Origin: the human T2T-CHM13v2.0 reference genome, Homo sapiens
Direction: 5' to 3' (one strand)
Length of the DNA: 64,000 nucleotides
NCBI RefSeq assembly: GCF_009914755.1
Contig: NC_060934.1
The stretch's first letter is position 1, and every line of letters starts with the position of its first letter. The translations under genes were made by a program, and so were the position numbers. The notes under the pieces were generated by a model. That model saw only the letters and a list, made by a program, of their open reading frames with translations, made no database searches and was not told where the DNA came from. Below, in pieces: positions 30,229 to 41,975 of the stretch.

Positions 30229-30653
30229 AAAGTAGATGTACCTCACCCTACTCACCTATAACCACATTCCCAAAAGCCACTCCCTTCGGCAAGTGTTGAT
30301 AAATACAAAGATGAGGGGAGTGCTAGCATTTTGGAAAAACATGTTAGTGCCTGGTCTCCACAGGCTGTAAAGTGTTGGTCAACTGCAGTTGAAACTAGTG
30401 CCCTGATTTCAACAGAGATGGGCAGAGCACCCACACAAACACCAGGAGTAAAGTACCTAGCACCTAGGTAATCGGCAGAGCCAGAGGGGTCGTCAGAATG
30501 TTCTAACCCATGGAGAGAGCTGGCAGAGGTTAATTGACCCTGACCCTGAACCTTTTACAAGGCAGGAAGACCTCAACTCACATAAAGCATCACAATTAAG
30601 TATCATGAATACTTAATACTTCTTAGCTTTCCCTAAAGGGACCTGAAACTATT

Positions 30654-31010
30654 TGCTGTGGGCTGAGTGTTTGTGTCCCCCCCAAAATTCAGGTGTTGCA
30701 ATCCTAACCTCCAGGGCGATGGTATTAAGAGATGGAGCCTTTGGGAGGTAACTGGATCATGAAGTGCTAGAATAGGACTGGGGCTCTTTTAAAAGAGGCT
30801 CCTGAGAGCTTTTTTACCCCTTCTGCCATGTGACAACTCCATGACAAAATGCCTTCTATGAACCAAGAAGTAGGCCCTCAGCAGACGCTGAATCTGCTGG
30901 GACCTTGATCTTGGACTTCAGTCTCCAGAACTGTGAGAAATAAATTACTATTGTTTATAAGCGAAATCATTTATGGTATTTTGTTATAGCAGCCTGAATG
31001 ATCTAAGACA
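30654..31010 (+). mobile_element. MLT1A0 solo LTR
   Basis: TG...CA termini (tgctgtgggctgagtgtttgtgtcccc...ctaagaca); perfect 5-bp TSD ctatt/ctatt. Confidence 0.93.
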
Positions 31011-32834
31011 CTATTTATCAGGATAACCCTTTGCACTGAAGGAAAGGAAATAATACCACGATCTTTGGGGTATCATTGAATGCTGGATCTTGACTAATCC
31101 TAATTCCTGGACATCTGGATCTACCCATGGGTCAGAGTAGGGGCTAATGCAGGTCAAATGAAAAATAGAGTTTCAACCCTAGTCAGTCCAGTGGGACCTC
31201 AGACCTATTCAATAGCTGTTTTCCAATTTCCCGAGTGTCTGTTTGGAATAGATATCTTCAGCAGTAAGATAAACTTCCCGATTGACTCTCCCTGAAAATC
31301 AAGTGAGGGCTAATAAGGCCAAAAGGGCAAAATGTAAACTATTTCCCTCTTCCTACCAAAATAACAACAAAAAAACATGACTACATCCCTAGAGAAATCA
31401 GATAAATTTGCTTCCTCATTAACTATTTGAAAGGTACAAAGCAGAGGATTCCACTCACATCCCTATATTAACTTTCTAAGTTGGCAGATACAAAAAGTAA
31501 TGAGTTATATAGATTGACAGTGGATCATCATAAACTTAATCAAGTGGTGACTCCAATTGCATCTGCTGTTTCTGATATGGTCTCTTACTGGATCAAATCA
31601 ATACAGACCCTAGCAACTTGTACATGGTTATTGACCTGTCAGTATGTTTTTCCCTTTATCTCAAACAACAACAAAAATTACTAGAAGCAGTTTACTTTCT
31701 CCAGATAGCTATAGCAATAAACCTTCACTATCCTTCCTGAGGTCCATAGCAACTTTCTGTCTCTGAGCTACACAGTCCATAAGAATTTGACCGTCTGACC
31801 AGTTAAGAGAAGAACATCATGCTAGTCTAAAACATTGATGACATCATGCTGATAAGACAGACATAGAGGGCATAAGTTAGCAGGTATGAAGTGCCTTGAT
31901 AAGATACGTGTATATATGGTAGAAAATAACTTGTATGAACCTGCAAAACTTAGTTAAGTTTTGTGGAAGCTCAGTGCTGTATGGTTTGTCAGAATGTACT
32001 CTGCAGAAGAAAAAACAAGATGCTGTCCCCTGCATCCCATGTTATTCACAAAGAGGCACAACACTAGGTGAGCCTTTCTGGATTTGGAAGCAACAGATGC
32101 CATATTTGGGTGTGCTGCTCTGATCCACTCACTGGAGAAGTTGAAATTCTGACAACTTTTAATGGGGCCCAGATAAAGGGTAAGCTCTCTACTTTTTCCA
32201 GGCTACAGGACAGAGGCTCTGACACTCAGCTCCCACAAGTCAGGATTTAACATGACTCCACTGAGTGAGGATGCTGTATGGAACTCACACAAGTTAAACA
32301 TGCCAGACATTTATAGGGCTTGGGAGCCAAGTTATGCCCTACTTGGCAAGAAGCTATTCTCATTTTTCAAATTGGGCCGTTCCTGACTTTCTAACAGACT
32401 TAGGAAAGAAGAAATGCCTAATAATGGAAACCATACTAAATGGAAACCATATTAATGCATAGGCTGAGCCACCCAACATAGACTGGATGTTTTCAGATTC
32501 ACTAAGTGAGTCAAAAAGTTAAGGATATGCATTAGCATTCCATCATCCAGTACAAGGGCATATACATGGTCATGCCTGTTCAGGCCCTGGAGCCACAAGA
32601 AAGTCACCAGAAGGCTTCTCCTTGCCTGCACATTCTGGCCACACAGCAGGCTCTCTCTCAGCCCACATCAGGACTGCCTTTAGCATGGATGGGAAAAGCA
32701 GATTTAGGCATACCACAAAGATCACTCGGCAAGTATGTAGATGCCATCCAGAAGCGCACTGCCATAGCACTACAATTACACTCAGTCAATGGCTCACTTT
32801 CTAGCCAGAATGTCATAGACTTAAAAGGAGCAAG

Positions 32835-33335
32835 TTTTCAGGCTGGGCACTATTCCCTCTGACTTCATCTCCTACTACTCTCCTTCTGGTTCATGTGACT
32901 CTGGCCACGCTGGCCTCTTATCTGATTGGAGGACATTCTATTCGAGCCCCATTTCCATGTAAGCCCCCACATCTACTCAAGCCCTCACTTAAGGTCTTTA
33001 TGTTTACTGTCCTCTCTGCCAGGAGCACCCTTTCTTGAGTTATTCAGATACTTTGTTTCTTCACCTTTTATAAAGTTTTCGCTCAAATGCCCACTTCCCA
33101 GTAAGCTTCCTCTTACCACCATATTTAACATTGAGTCCCTCTCAACATGTTACAGCTCCTTTTCCTGTAATGTTGTGTGGCACTTATCATAACATACCAT
33201 ATACCTATTCATCCTGTTTATTGTCCATCTCCTCAAAGTCTCATCTGAGCAGAGAATTTTATATTTGGTTCACTGCCTCAGCCCCTAGAACTGTGCCAGT
33301 TCCATAGCAGGTGCTCAAAAATATGGGTTGAAGAA
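32835..33335 (+). mobile_element. L2 (L2a-like) 3' portion
   Basis: actctggccacgctggcctc...gctcaaatgcccacttccc...atagcaggtgctcaaaaatatgggttgaa. Confidence 0.75.
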
Positions 33336-33370
33336 ACGCACACGGGTGTCAGTCAGCCAAAAAGGAATAA

Positions 33371-33906
33371 TGTCGTGAACATTTGGCTTTCCTTTGGCTT
33401 TCCAGCCACCAAACTCCCTTTCAGTTGGTTAGAAACTCAACCACAGCTTTAGTCTTCTTAGAAAGCTCATTCCTCCTACCAAAGATGCTTAATGGGGTTA
33501 GATATTTTCTCTCCCAATGCTCTGGCAGCTATGGCAAAAGGTGGAAACAGGATAATCTTACCCAACTTTCTAAATATGATGAAAACTGATACAAAAATGC
33601 AAGCACTCTAAGAGAATATTGACACCATGCTAGTGCAAGCCAATGTCCAGCTGTGGAGGAAGTGGCAGGGCGAGTGGAAGTGGCAGCCACGTTCAGCAAC
33701 AGCCCTACTGCTCAGCCCTACTGTGGCTGAGGGGATCCAACTGCTCTGGGGCCCAGACTCCCTTGGTTGCTGCTCATTTTCTTAATCTTGTTCTCTGGAC
33801 TTCCCATTGACTCTGTGACCTGCCTAGTGTCTTAACAATCCGTCATTTTAGCTGATTAAGTTAGTGGGAGCGGACTTCATCGTTGCAATCTGAACCTGAC
33901 AGTACA
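33371..33906 (+). mobile_element. LTR33-like solo LTR (ERVL)
   Basis: TG start; end ...ttaagttagtgggagcggacttcatcgttgcaatctgaacctgacagtaca resembles the LTR33 3' end. Confidence 0.6.
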
Positions 33907-34204
33907 GAAGGTGAGGCAGGGGAAATTATTACAGATATTATTACAGATGTGGCCAGAAAGCAGGAGCTGGAGTCATTTCAGATGATGCTAAGGACCATGA
34001 TGGGGCTGTGGAAGTAGGAAGCTGAGGGACAGTGGAGGAGTGGGTCACTGGAAATCAGGAGGTCAAGGAAATGTGTTGAGGGGTTGCCACATAGACAGGG
34101 AAGTTACCGAGCATTATGTCTGGACTTGGGCTGGTGAGGAAGACAGTTATCCAGGGACCAAAGTCTCAGAAGAGTGGTAGGAAGTAAACAAGAGGCTGAG
34201 TTAA

Positions 34205-34452
<248 letters not shown>

Positions 34453-34609
34453 AAGAGCACCATCTCTTATAAGAGTAGCAGCAATCTCTCTTTCTGAATC
34501 CCTAGAGTGTAGGGCGGCAAATGTTTGCTAAGGAATCAAGTGAAGCAAGCCTTCTTCATGTGTAACCATGTAAGTGAGAGTTATGAGTAAGAGTTAATTT
34601 CTATGAATT

Positions 34610-34727
34610 CTCTCTAAATTGGGTAGACTTTTTCTGTCTTCTTCACTCCTATCCCCCAGCAGCCGAGAACAGCGTCTAGCACAAAGTAGTCCTCCATAAA
34701 TATTAGTGGAATATACAATGAATGAAG
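34610..34727 (+). mobile_element. L2 3' end
   Basis: cttcactcctatcccccagcagccgagaacagcgtctagcacaaagtag...aatgaatgaa. Confidence 0.65.
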
Positions 34728-35179
34728 GAACTTAGTCTTTCTTTTCTCCATTTCACATCTTTCCTGCTTCTGTGATATTTTATTTTCAATGGCTCTAAAA
34801 AATAGTCTTATACCACAATTGCTCTCTCAGATCTCTGCCTCCCATTTCTAAACCCAGCACCCTCTTTTATGTGTATTATTCCATCTCCCCGCAAATGGTG
34901 AGCAGCTGGGTGGCCAGAACCACATGGTTGAGGGACCCTGGACTTTAGAGTCAGGGGTATTATCTCTCACACTCAGCATCCACAGAATGAGGGTGCTCTG
35001 ATAAGAGGAGGCATTGGTCTTGAGTCTAGCATGGCCTAAGTCATTCGTTCAATGAACTTTTACTGAGTGCTGTTGTGTGCCAATCATCTGCTAGGCCCTG
35101 AAGCAGAAATAGTCTGAAATCCCAGGAAGAAGTTACACACATGTAACTACAGAGATCAAAGGTTACAGACACAAAGTAT

Positions 35180-35365
35180 TGGACCTGCTGCTAAGTATTC
35201 CTGGTTTCCAATTTGACCCCAACCACTTACTTGCTATGTGTGATAAAACATTTGTTTGAGACAATAACTCAAATCTCTCCAAGGTTCAATTCCCTCATTT
35301 TACCTATGGGAATAACAACTGAAAATAGAATTCCGGGCACATGGGTAAGTATCAAGAGACATGTA
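35180..35365 (+). mobile_element. MIR SINE
   Basis: ccacttacttgctatgtgtga...ttccctcattttacctatgggaataaca. Confidence 0.6.
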
Positions 35366-36100
35366 TAACCTGTCCTTATTCTCCATCTTCTTTCTCTGCT
35401 TCTCTGGGCAGTGTGACCAGGCACACAGCAAGTGCTCAGAATTTGAATTGTCAAAGAAGGCTGGACTACAGGGTCTCATGTTATATTTTAGTAAGCACTG
35501 ACCCCACCCCAGTAAGTGCTGACTTTTGCTACAGAATTGCAGCCATCAGCATGCGGAGACAGAACTACGCACCAGGCTGCCTGTTGCTCCAGCCTTATTT
35601 GCAGAAGCAGGGGTTCTCCAGCCACCTTCCCCAAAACCCTTGAGCAGGCACAACTGGGTCATGGTTCAATGTCATAGCCCATTTGGCTGTATTGGCCCTG
35701 GTGTCTCCAGGACAAGGGGCAGGTATGGCTGGCAGACATTCAATCCAGAGGGCCACAGTATCCAGCTGACAACACAAGTGTCCTTCCACCCTTGAGTTAT
35801 TTGTGTGAATCAAAGTAGCTCTCCCTGATGATTGTGAATGATTAGTAGTTCTGAGCATGTTGCAGGTAGAAAAGCAGGTGTGGGGATTCCAAGTAGGAAA
35901 GAGAAGGAAGATTTGGGAGAGGATGCAGGTCCAGCCTGGGCCTTGCAAAGGAGGGAAAGAGAGGAGGTTGGCCTATCCCTTAGTGCTCACGTGTGTGGAG
36001 GCACTTGCCCCATCTCTGAGCCCAACAGACCATGCCCAGACTCAGTGCTACAGCTGCCTCACCGCAGATTTCCTGTGCCACGTCCCTCCTCCTCACACAG

Positions 36101-36146
36101 ACTCTCCCAGGCACTTCACACCCACTCTCCCAGGCACTTCACACCC
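36101..36146. repeat. Perfect 23-bp tandem duplication (actctcccaggcacttcacaccc)x2
   Basis: 36101-36123 is identical to 36124-36146. Confidence 0.95.
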
Positions 36147-36284
36147 AGCTGCAAGGTGCTGTACTTGTCCCACAGCTCTAGGAAAAAGAGAACGATATGG
36201 AGCAACAGTTCACATCCAACAGGGCAGTCTGCTCGCCTCTGTTCCAGTGGAGGGGTGATCCGGCCCTGGGCCATGCACCGCAGC

Positions 36285-36336
36285 CTTCTGATGAGCTCCT
36301 TCATGAGCACACAGACTTCTGATGAGCTCCTTCATG
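36285..36336. repeat. 21-bp direct repeat cttctgatgagctccttcatg with 10-bp spacer
   Basis: 36285-36305 is identical to 36316-36336. Confidence 0.95.
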
Positions 36337-37654
36337 CCATGAGCCACAACCAAACCCTGGCATCAGAAAGCTCTCCCTGAAACACACCAAAATTGCCCAG
36401 CTTGGTCAGAATTCTGTAAGTGCCTGTAGCAGGTGTGAGGAAAGCAGACTGGCTCTCTGGCCTCCCATAACCCTGTCAGGGGAGATAAGACAGGCTTATG
36501 TAGCAAATGCTACAAGACAGACGGCAGCCCATGCCAAAATGTCTGGGGGAACTCGAGTTACACATGCAGTGTTCTCACACAGCATGACAACCTGTCTCTC
36601 ACTCCAACAAGTCCTAGGTTCTTGATTGCAGCTCCGAGGCCAAGAGCAAACAGCTGGCTTTGTTACATGCACGTGACTGCAGGTGCCCACGCCTTCCAGA
36701 GCTGTTTCTTCCAAACCTCCTGTGAGTGCCTCTGGAGACTACCAGCCCTAAACAGCCAGCCAGAATGCTGGGGCCACAGACAAAGACTTGCTGCTCGGGG
36801 AGCTCTGGCCTGTGGTTGAGAGGATCAGCCCCGCCTTCCAGCTCCATCTCCCTGCCCCACCAAAGGCTGTGTGGCAGGAGGCTGCCATGTGTTTCAACAG
36901 TTACCACAGACTCAGGGTTTTAACACCACCCATACAATATTGTCTTCTTTTTTCTCATGATGCAACCAAATATTTTTCTGCACTTGGGTAACTTCAAGAG
37001 AGGATGCAAATTCCATCCATGATGGGCCTTCTCCAAAAGATACTGACAATGTGGGCTGAGGAGTTTGCAGCTCCAAATCAGAAGGCACAGTCAGGACACC
37101 TAACACTGGATTCTGGACTGTGCTTACAACCCAGGACCCAGTGCCTCTTATAGGACAAGATGGTGCCTTTGATCAAGGTGAAGCCTTCCCTCTCCTATAA
37201 AAGTACAGAGGAAAAGAGATAGGCAGCTTGAACTAGAGGCCTAGCAGCTGCCTCAAAGCCCACTCAGAAACACAACCAGACCAGTTTGGCATCTGCACCA
37301 CAGAAGGGCCTATGGACCCCTGCACACCCGCATCCCCAGCGCTGACAATGCTTGTCCTCACACAGCTGCCCCCTCCACCCCAGCTGTGCTCTGCACAGGC
37401 ATGTGCCCCCTTGGTATGGTGGTGCTCCCCTGGGAACCTCTCTACAAACCGCATAATGCCTCAGCCACCTGCTCTCATCAGGATGTCCATAGTGCCCCCA
37501 TCAGGGAGAGGGCTCCTGGGGACTGGAGGGCTTCGGGGCATGGGGCATTTCCCCTTTCCTGCCCATGACCCCCCTCCATTCCAACCACACCCTGGCCAGC
37601 CAGGAACACAGGTGGAATCTGTGTTCTCAATTCACAGTTGAGGAAAAGCAATTC

Positions 37655-37855
37655 ACATGCATGCTAGGCCCTTTGCAGATTGTCCATTTAATCCTCCCAG
37701 AACTCCACTGGGTGGAAGTTGGCATCTCTGTCTTTCACAGATTAAGAAGCTGAGGTTCAGAGAAGGTGTGTGACTTGCTTTGAGCCACACAGCTAGTGTG
37801 ATAGCTAATAGTGGCAGGTCAGGATTCAAACAGAGGTCTGGCTCCAAGCCAGGTC
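37655..37855 (-). mobile_element. MIR SINE
   Basis: ttcacagattaagaagctgaggttcagagaaggtgtgtgacttgc...caggattcaaacagaggtctggctcc. Confidence 0.8.
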
Positions 37856-38559
37856 TTCATGGGCCAAAAGAAGGCAAAAATCTATTTGGCCAAGGCCACG
37901 AGGCATCCTCAGCATGTATACCCAGGGCCAGGGTGGTTCGAGGAGCACACTGATGGCAGCAGCCAGCTCACTGGCAGCCCTGGTACATTGCCAGCTTCAT
38001 CCTAGTGATTGCAGAGGGAAATATGGCCATGCTAGGCACAATGAAAGCTTGGAATGCCCAATCTGAAATAAATTAGCTCTCCTCTAACTGACTTACCATG
38101 GGGAAAACCATGACAGACGTCATATATCACCTAAGCCAAATTCAATTTGTACCCATTTATAACACAAACATGTCTCAGGTGTAATGTCAACAAGCACGTT
38201 TAGCATTCTGCACACTCCCCTCAGAGGGCTGGCAGTGCCCTGGCCAAGGTGAGACAGTGCACATCCACTTATGAGCAAACTTGTTCCAATGTGAGGGAAA
38301 AATCAGTTTCCTTTAGATAACAGAGTGGGACCTTCACACATTTGCAAAGTGCCAGGCAGGAGCAAGGATGGAGCCTGGCACAGGAGAGGAGCAGAAGCAG
38401 AGCCGGCTGCCTAGATTCTGTGTGACTGACAGGATGGTTCCTGGCGCTGACCGACTGAGCCATCCATGCTGGATGTGCAGGAGTCGACACTCGCCCATGC
38501 AGCTCCAGCCTGTGGGCCCTTGTGTGCATATGGGCACAGCCCCAGCACAGCCTGTGGGC

Positions 38560-38740
38560 TCAGGGGAATCAGGCTGAACTGAGTTCCAACCTTTACTGCT
38601 TATTTGCTCAGTGACCTTGGCTTCTCTAAGCCTCAATTTCCTGCCTATTAAAATGGAGTCAAGAGTGTGGAGGTGACTGTAGGTCAGAGGAAGTAACAGA
38701 TGGAGTGGGGAGAGTGGAAAGTGCCTTGTAATTCATCATT
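38560..38740 (+). mobile_element. MIR SINE
   Basis: gtgaccttggcttctctaagcctcaatttcctgcctattaaaatgga. Confidence 0.7.
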
Positions 38741-38939
38741 AGCTCCATTTCTACCATTTGCAAAATCCTAAAGCATCATCTGAGGTCAGCCAGCACTACA
38801 GGCCTCCAGCATCCAAAGCCCACAGGACAGGCAGGCCCCACAGGATAAGGCCTCCCTGGGGAGAAGGGAAGCCCTTCTGGGAGCAGCATCTTCCTGGTTC
38901 CTTGTGGGTTTGATGACAGTGACAGCTGACTCTGGAGCC

Positions 38940-39068
38940 TTTTGTTAAACTATGTTTACTGAAGTTATAATAGACATATAGAAAAGTACAAAAACCCTAA
39001 GACTAGTGAATTTTCATAAATGAACACACAGAGATGAGAAAACAGAATATTAGCAGCCCCCCAGAACT
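38940..39068 (-). mobile_element. L1ME-like 3' end fragment
   Basis: tttactgaagttataatagacatatagaaaagtac...aaacagaatattagcagcccccagaa. Confidence 0.6.
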
Positions 39069-39591
39069 CTTGGAGACCACTTTGCAAGGCGTTTTTGTCT
39101 TTTCTGATTCTCATATGTGGTTAATTCAACCTGACCTGCCTGCCTGCCTGCCTGGGAGGACGATAAAAGTGTCTGAGAGCCACTCTACAATGCAAAGACC
39201 ATCATCAAAGCTTGGGAGGAATCCACTTGCAATTGCAGGTGTGATTTAAGGCCTTAATCTCCCAAATGGAAGCCAAGCAAATTTTTAAAAGGCATTAACT
39301 CCCTATCTGGGCTTCTCTGGGTTTCCTGGTAAGAATCTCAGGAGAGACTCCTTGGCGAACAGGTGTCTCCTCCCTCCAGCTGAGCCTTTTATTATAATAC
39401 TATAATGTGCTCAACAATGCTGTGATCTGATCTGATCAGCAGACACCGCCCCTGATGAGTAGGGATTAATTGAACAGATTTCTTTCCCCCAGAAAAAGAT
39501 ATTGATGACACCCTGAGATGTCTGTTTAGGGTTTTTGTTTGTTTGTTTCATTAATTGTTTTTCTTACTCTTTTCTTCTGCTTGAGGCTTTT

Positions 39592-39812
39592 TGTTTTTTA
39601 AAAGGACTTCATTTTTAAAAGCAGTATTAGGTCCACAGCAAAACTAAACAGAAAAGACAAAGATTTCTATATCCCCTCAGCCCCCACACATGCATGATCT
39701 CCACATTATTACCATCCCATGCCTCAGTACCATGTTTGTTACAACTGATGAGCCTACACTGACACATCATTTTCACCCCAGGTCCATAGTTTATATTCAG
39801 GTTGATGTCTGG
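39592..39812 (-). mobile_element. L1MC-like 3' end fragment
   Basis: agcagtattaggtccacagcaaaact...tgttacaactgatgagcctacactgacacatcat...gtccatagttta. Confidence 0.75.
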
Positions 39813-40016
39813 TTTAAACCTGCAAAATTTTCCCATTCACCTGCGTAGTATATTCTGTAAGTGAACCCTGGAGCCATCGGCTTCTCAGACCACAGGCTAC
39901 GCTAGACCCTCCCCAGAAGATTTGGAGAGCTTCACCCTCAGGTGTGTCTGCAAAGGGCTTACTAGCTCTTAGTCAGCTGAGGGTGAGCTGCAGCCTGGGT
40001 CCCGGGCTGTCTAGAG

Positions 40017-40503
40017 CAGCCGCATCTAAAAGAAGTAGAATGCAAGCTGCATATTCAATTTAAAATTGTCTAGCATCCACTATAAAAGGGTAAAAAGAAA
40101 CCGATTAATACCACATTTTACTTAGCCCAATATGTCTAAAATATTATCATTTCAACATGTAATCAATATAAAAACTATTAATAAGACACTTTACATTCAT
40201 ACAGTCTTCTAAACCAGTGTGTATTGTACATTTACAGCATATCTTAATCTAAACGCTAAATTTTCATCAGAAATACTTGATCTGATTTTATATTTTATAA
40301 AATGTATCTTTAGAAGAGTCACATAATCAAGTTGTTCCAAACATACTTAAAATTTTTTCTAATACTTGAATCAAGTGTCAGTTTTTAAATTTAAACTAAT
40401 TTCAATTCCATATTATTAAAATTTAGGTGCTCAGTAGCACCGGCCCCATTTTAAGCCCTCAATGGCCACCTGTGTCTGGTGGCTCCTGCGTAGGACAGTG
40501 CAG
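40017..40503. mobile_element. Charlie4a/MER33-related hAT-Charlie DNA transposon
   Basis: aatattatcatttcaacatgtaatcaatataaa; ctaaattttcatcagaaatacttgatctg; end gccacctgtgtctggtggctcc...ggacagtgcag; left flank gtctagag fits the hAT target consensus. Confidence 0.8.
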
Positions 40504-40681
40504 GGCCACAGGGTGAGGCCAGGGAGGTCCCCTGGTCAGCCATGCTGCCTCCTGCCCATAAGGGTCATTAGCCCCAAACCCCAAAGTCAGTTAAAGGATG
40601 AAAAAAAAACACAGGGCAGTTCTGACGCTCTTTTTTTTCCCCGAGGTCTCTGTGAGAGGCTAGCTCAAGGCCACTAATCTA

Positions 40682-41075
<394 letters not shown>

Positions 41076-41389
41076 TCATATGTTGGGGGGCCACAGGATA
41101 TTGTAATCACTGCCTCCTGGGCAGAGCGACTGCAGCTCTCCCAGCCTCCAAACCCCAGCCCAGGGTGCTTGGAGGTCCCTGTAACTCCTCACGCTGCCAC
41201 CTGCCACTCTGTCCTCAGGGGTTCCCAGCTTGGAGAAATAGAGGCCCTGCGGAGGGATGCAGTAGAGAGACCCTGCCCCTTTCCACACTAAGATCTGACC
41301 TAGTCCGAAGGTGAAATGTATGTCCCAAGAAAGACTGAGAAAACTAATCAAGGCAGAATAACAGTCATCACTGCAATCCACACCAGCAA

Positions 41390-41975
41390 CCAATATGGCC
41401 TGCGGGCTCACTGTGTCCTGTGCTTCACTGTAAGCCCTTACCTCGTTGAACTCTCACAACCCCACAAGCTAAGTACTAATCTGATCCCACTTTCAAAGGG
41501 TGCTCTTGAACTCCTGCTGTCTTTGCCCATCCCGTCTCCACTGGCTCAGTCCCTCAGTCCAGTTTTCCCTCTAAACCTTCTCTCAGCAACCTGCTCCACA
41601 CCCACTGCTTCTCCAGGTCCCTGTCCAGACCCCTCTCTTGAACACCATTTCTTTATTACCCACTGCTTGCTGACAATACCTGCACACATAAACCGCACCA
41701 ACACTACACACCCAGCATGCCCAAGGCCAGACTCACCACCTCCCCCTGACCAAACACATTCTTCTTCCTGACTTCTTGTGCTCCCTGAATCATGTATGAT
41801 TTACACAGCCACACACGAAAGAACCCAGGCCTCCTCCCAGACTCCGCCTTATATCTCATTGGTCTCCTACCTCTCTAAGTTCAATTGCATCTATTCCCTT
41901 CAGATGAATCAAGTAAGTTCCCTTCCTGTCCCGGCACTACACATGACAAGGGCCTCACCATGTCTCACTTAGGCT
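41390..41975. mobile_element. MIR (minus) followed by diverged L2 (plus) fragments
   Basis: gaactctcacaaccccacaag...atcccactttca; then pyrimidine-rich L2-like text. Confidence 0.45.

Larger units (their letters stand above)
29570..32800 (+). mobile_element. ERV-L class internal region (gag-pro-pol relic), decayed, interrupted by an Alu and an MLT1A0
   Basis: RT motif YRLTVDHHKLNQVVTPIASAVSDMVS (31481 ORF); NIDDIML at 31831-31851 (YIDD motif); protease-like text at ~31060-31115; RNase H-like text at ~32690-32785; gag-like text at 29720-29940. Confidence 0.88.

Noticed and set aside
31481-31684. RT-like ORF as an active or domesticated reverse transcriptase
   Set aside because: Only 67 codons; surrounding pol has stops and frameshifts, and the catalytic motif is preceded by a stop.
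32423-33950. Small 11-16 bp tandem duplications (e.g. ~32423, ~33701, ~33925; also ~614, ~13559, ~62471)
   Set aside because: Ordinary slippage duplications at background frequency with no shared motif or spacing.
36101-36336. CRISPR-like repeat-spacer array
   Set aside because: Only two copies per repeat, no regular spacers, no cas genes, and eukaryotic context.
36285-36345. Functional hammerhead ribozyme or C/D-box snoRNA
   Set aside because: The GAAA core after stem II is missing and no stems I/III are evident; TGATGA lacks the purine and terminal stem of a C/D snoRNA.
35838-36380. 180-aa ORF in unique sequence
   Set aside because: No recognisable domain, runs through two local duplications, and has no supporting promoter or splice structure.
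38091-38096. Isolated consensus splice donors (minus strand at 38091 and 52141; plus strand at ~4286)
   Set aside because: No convincing partner acceptor or reading frame; such hexamers are expected by chance in 64 kb.
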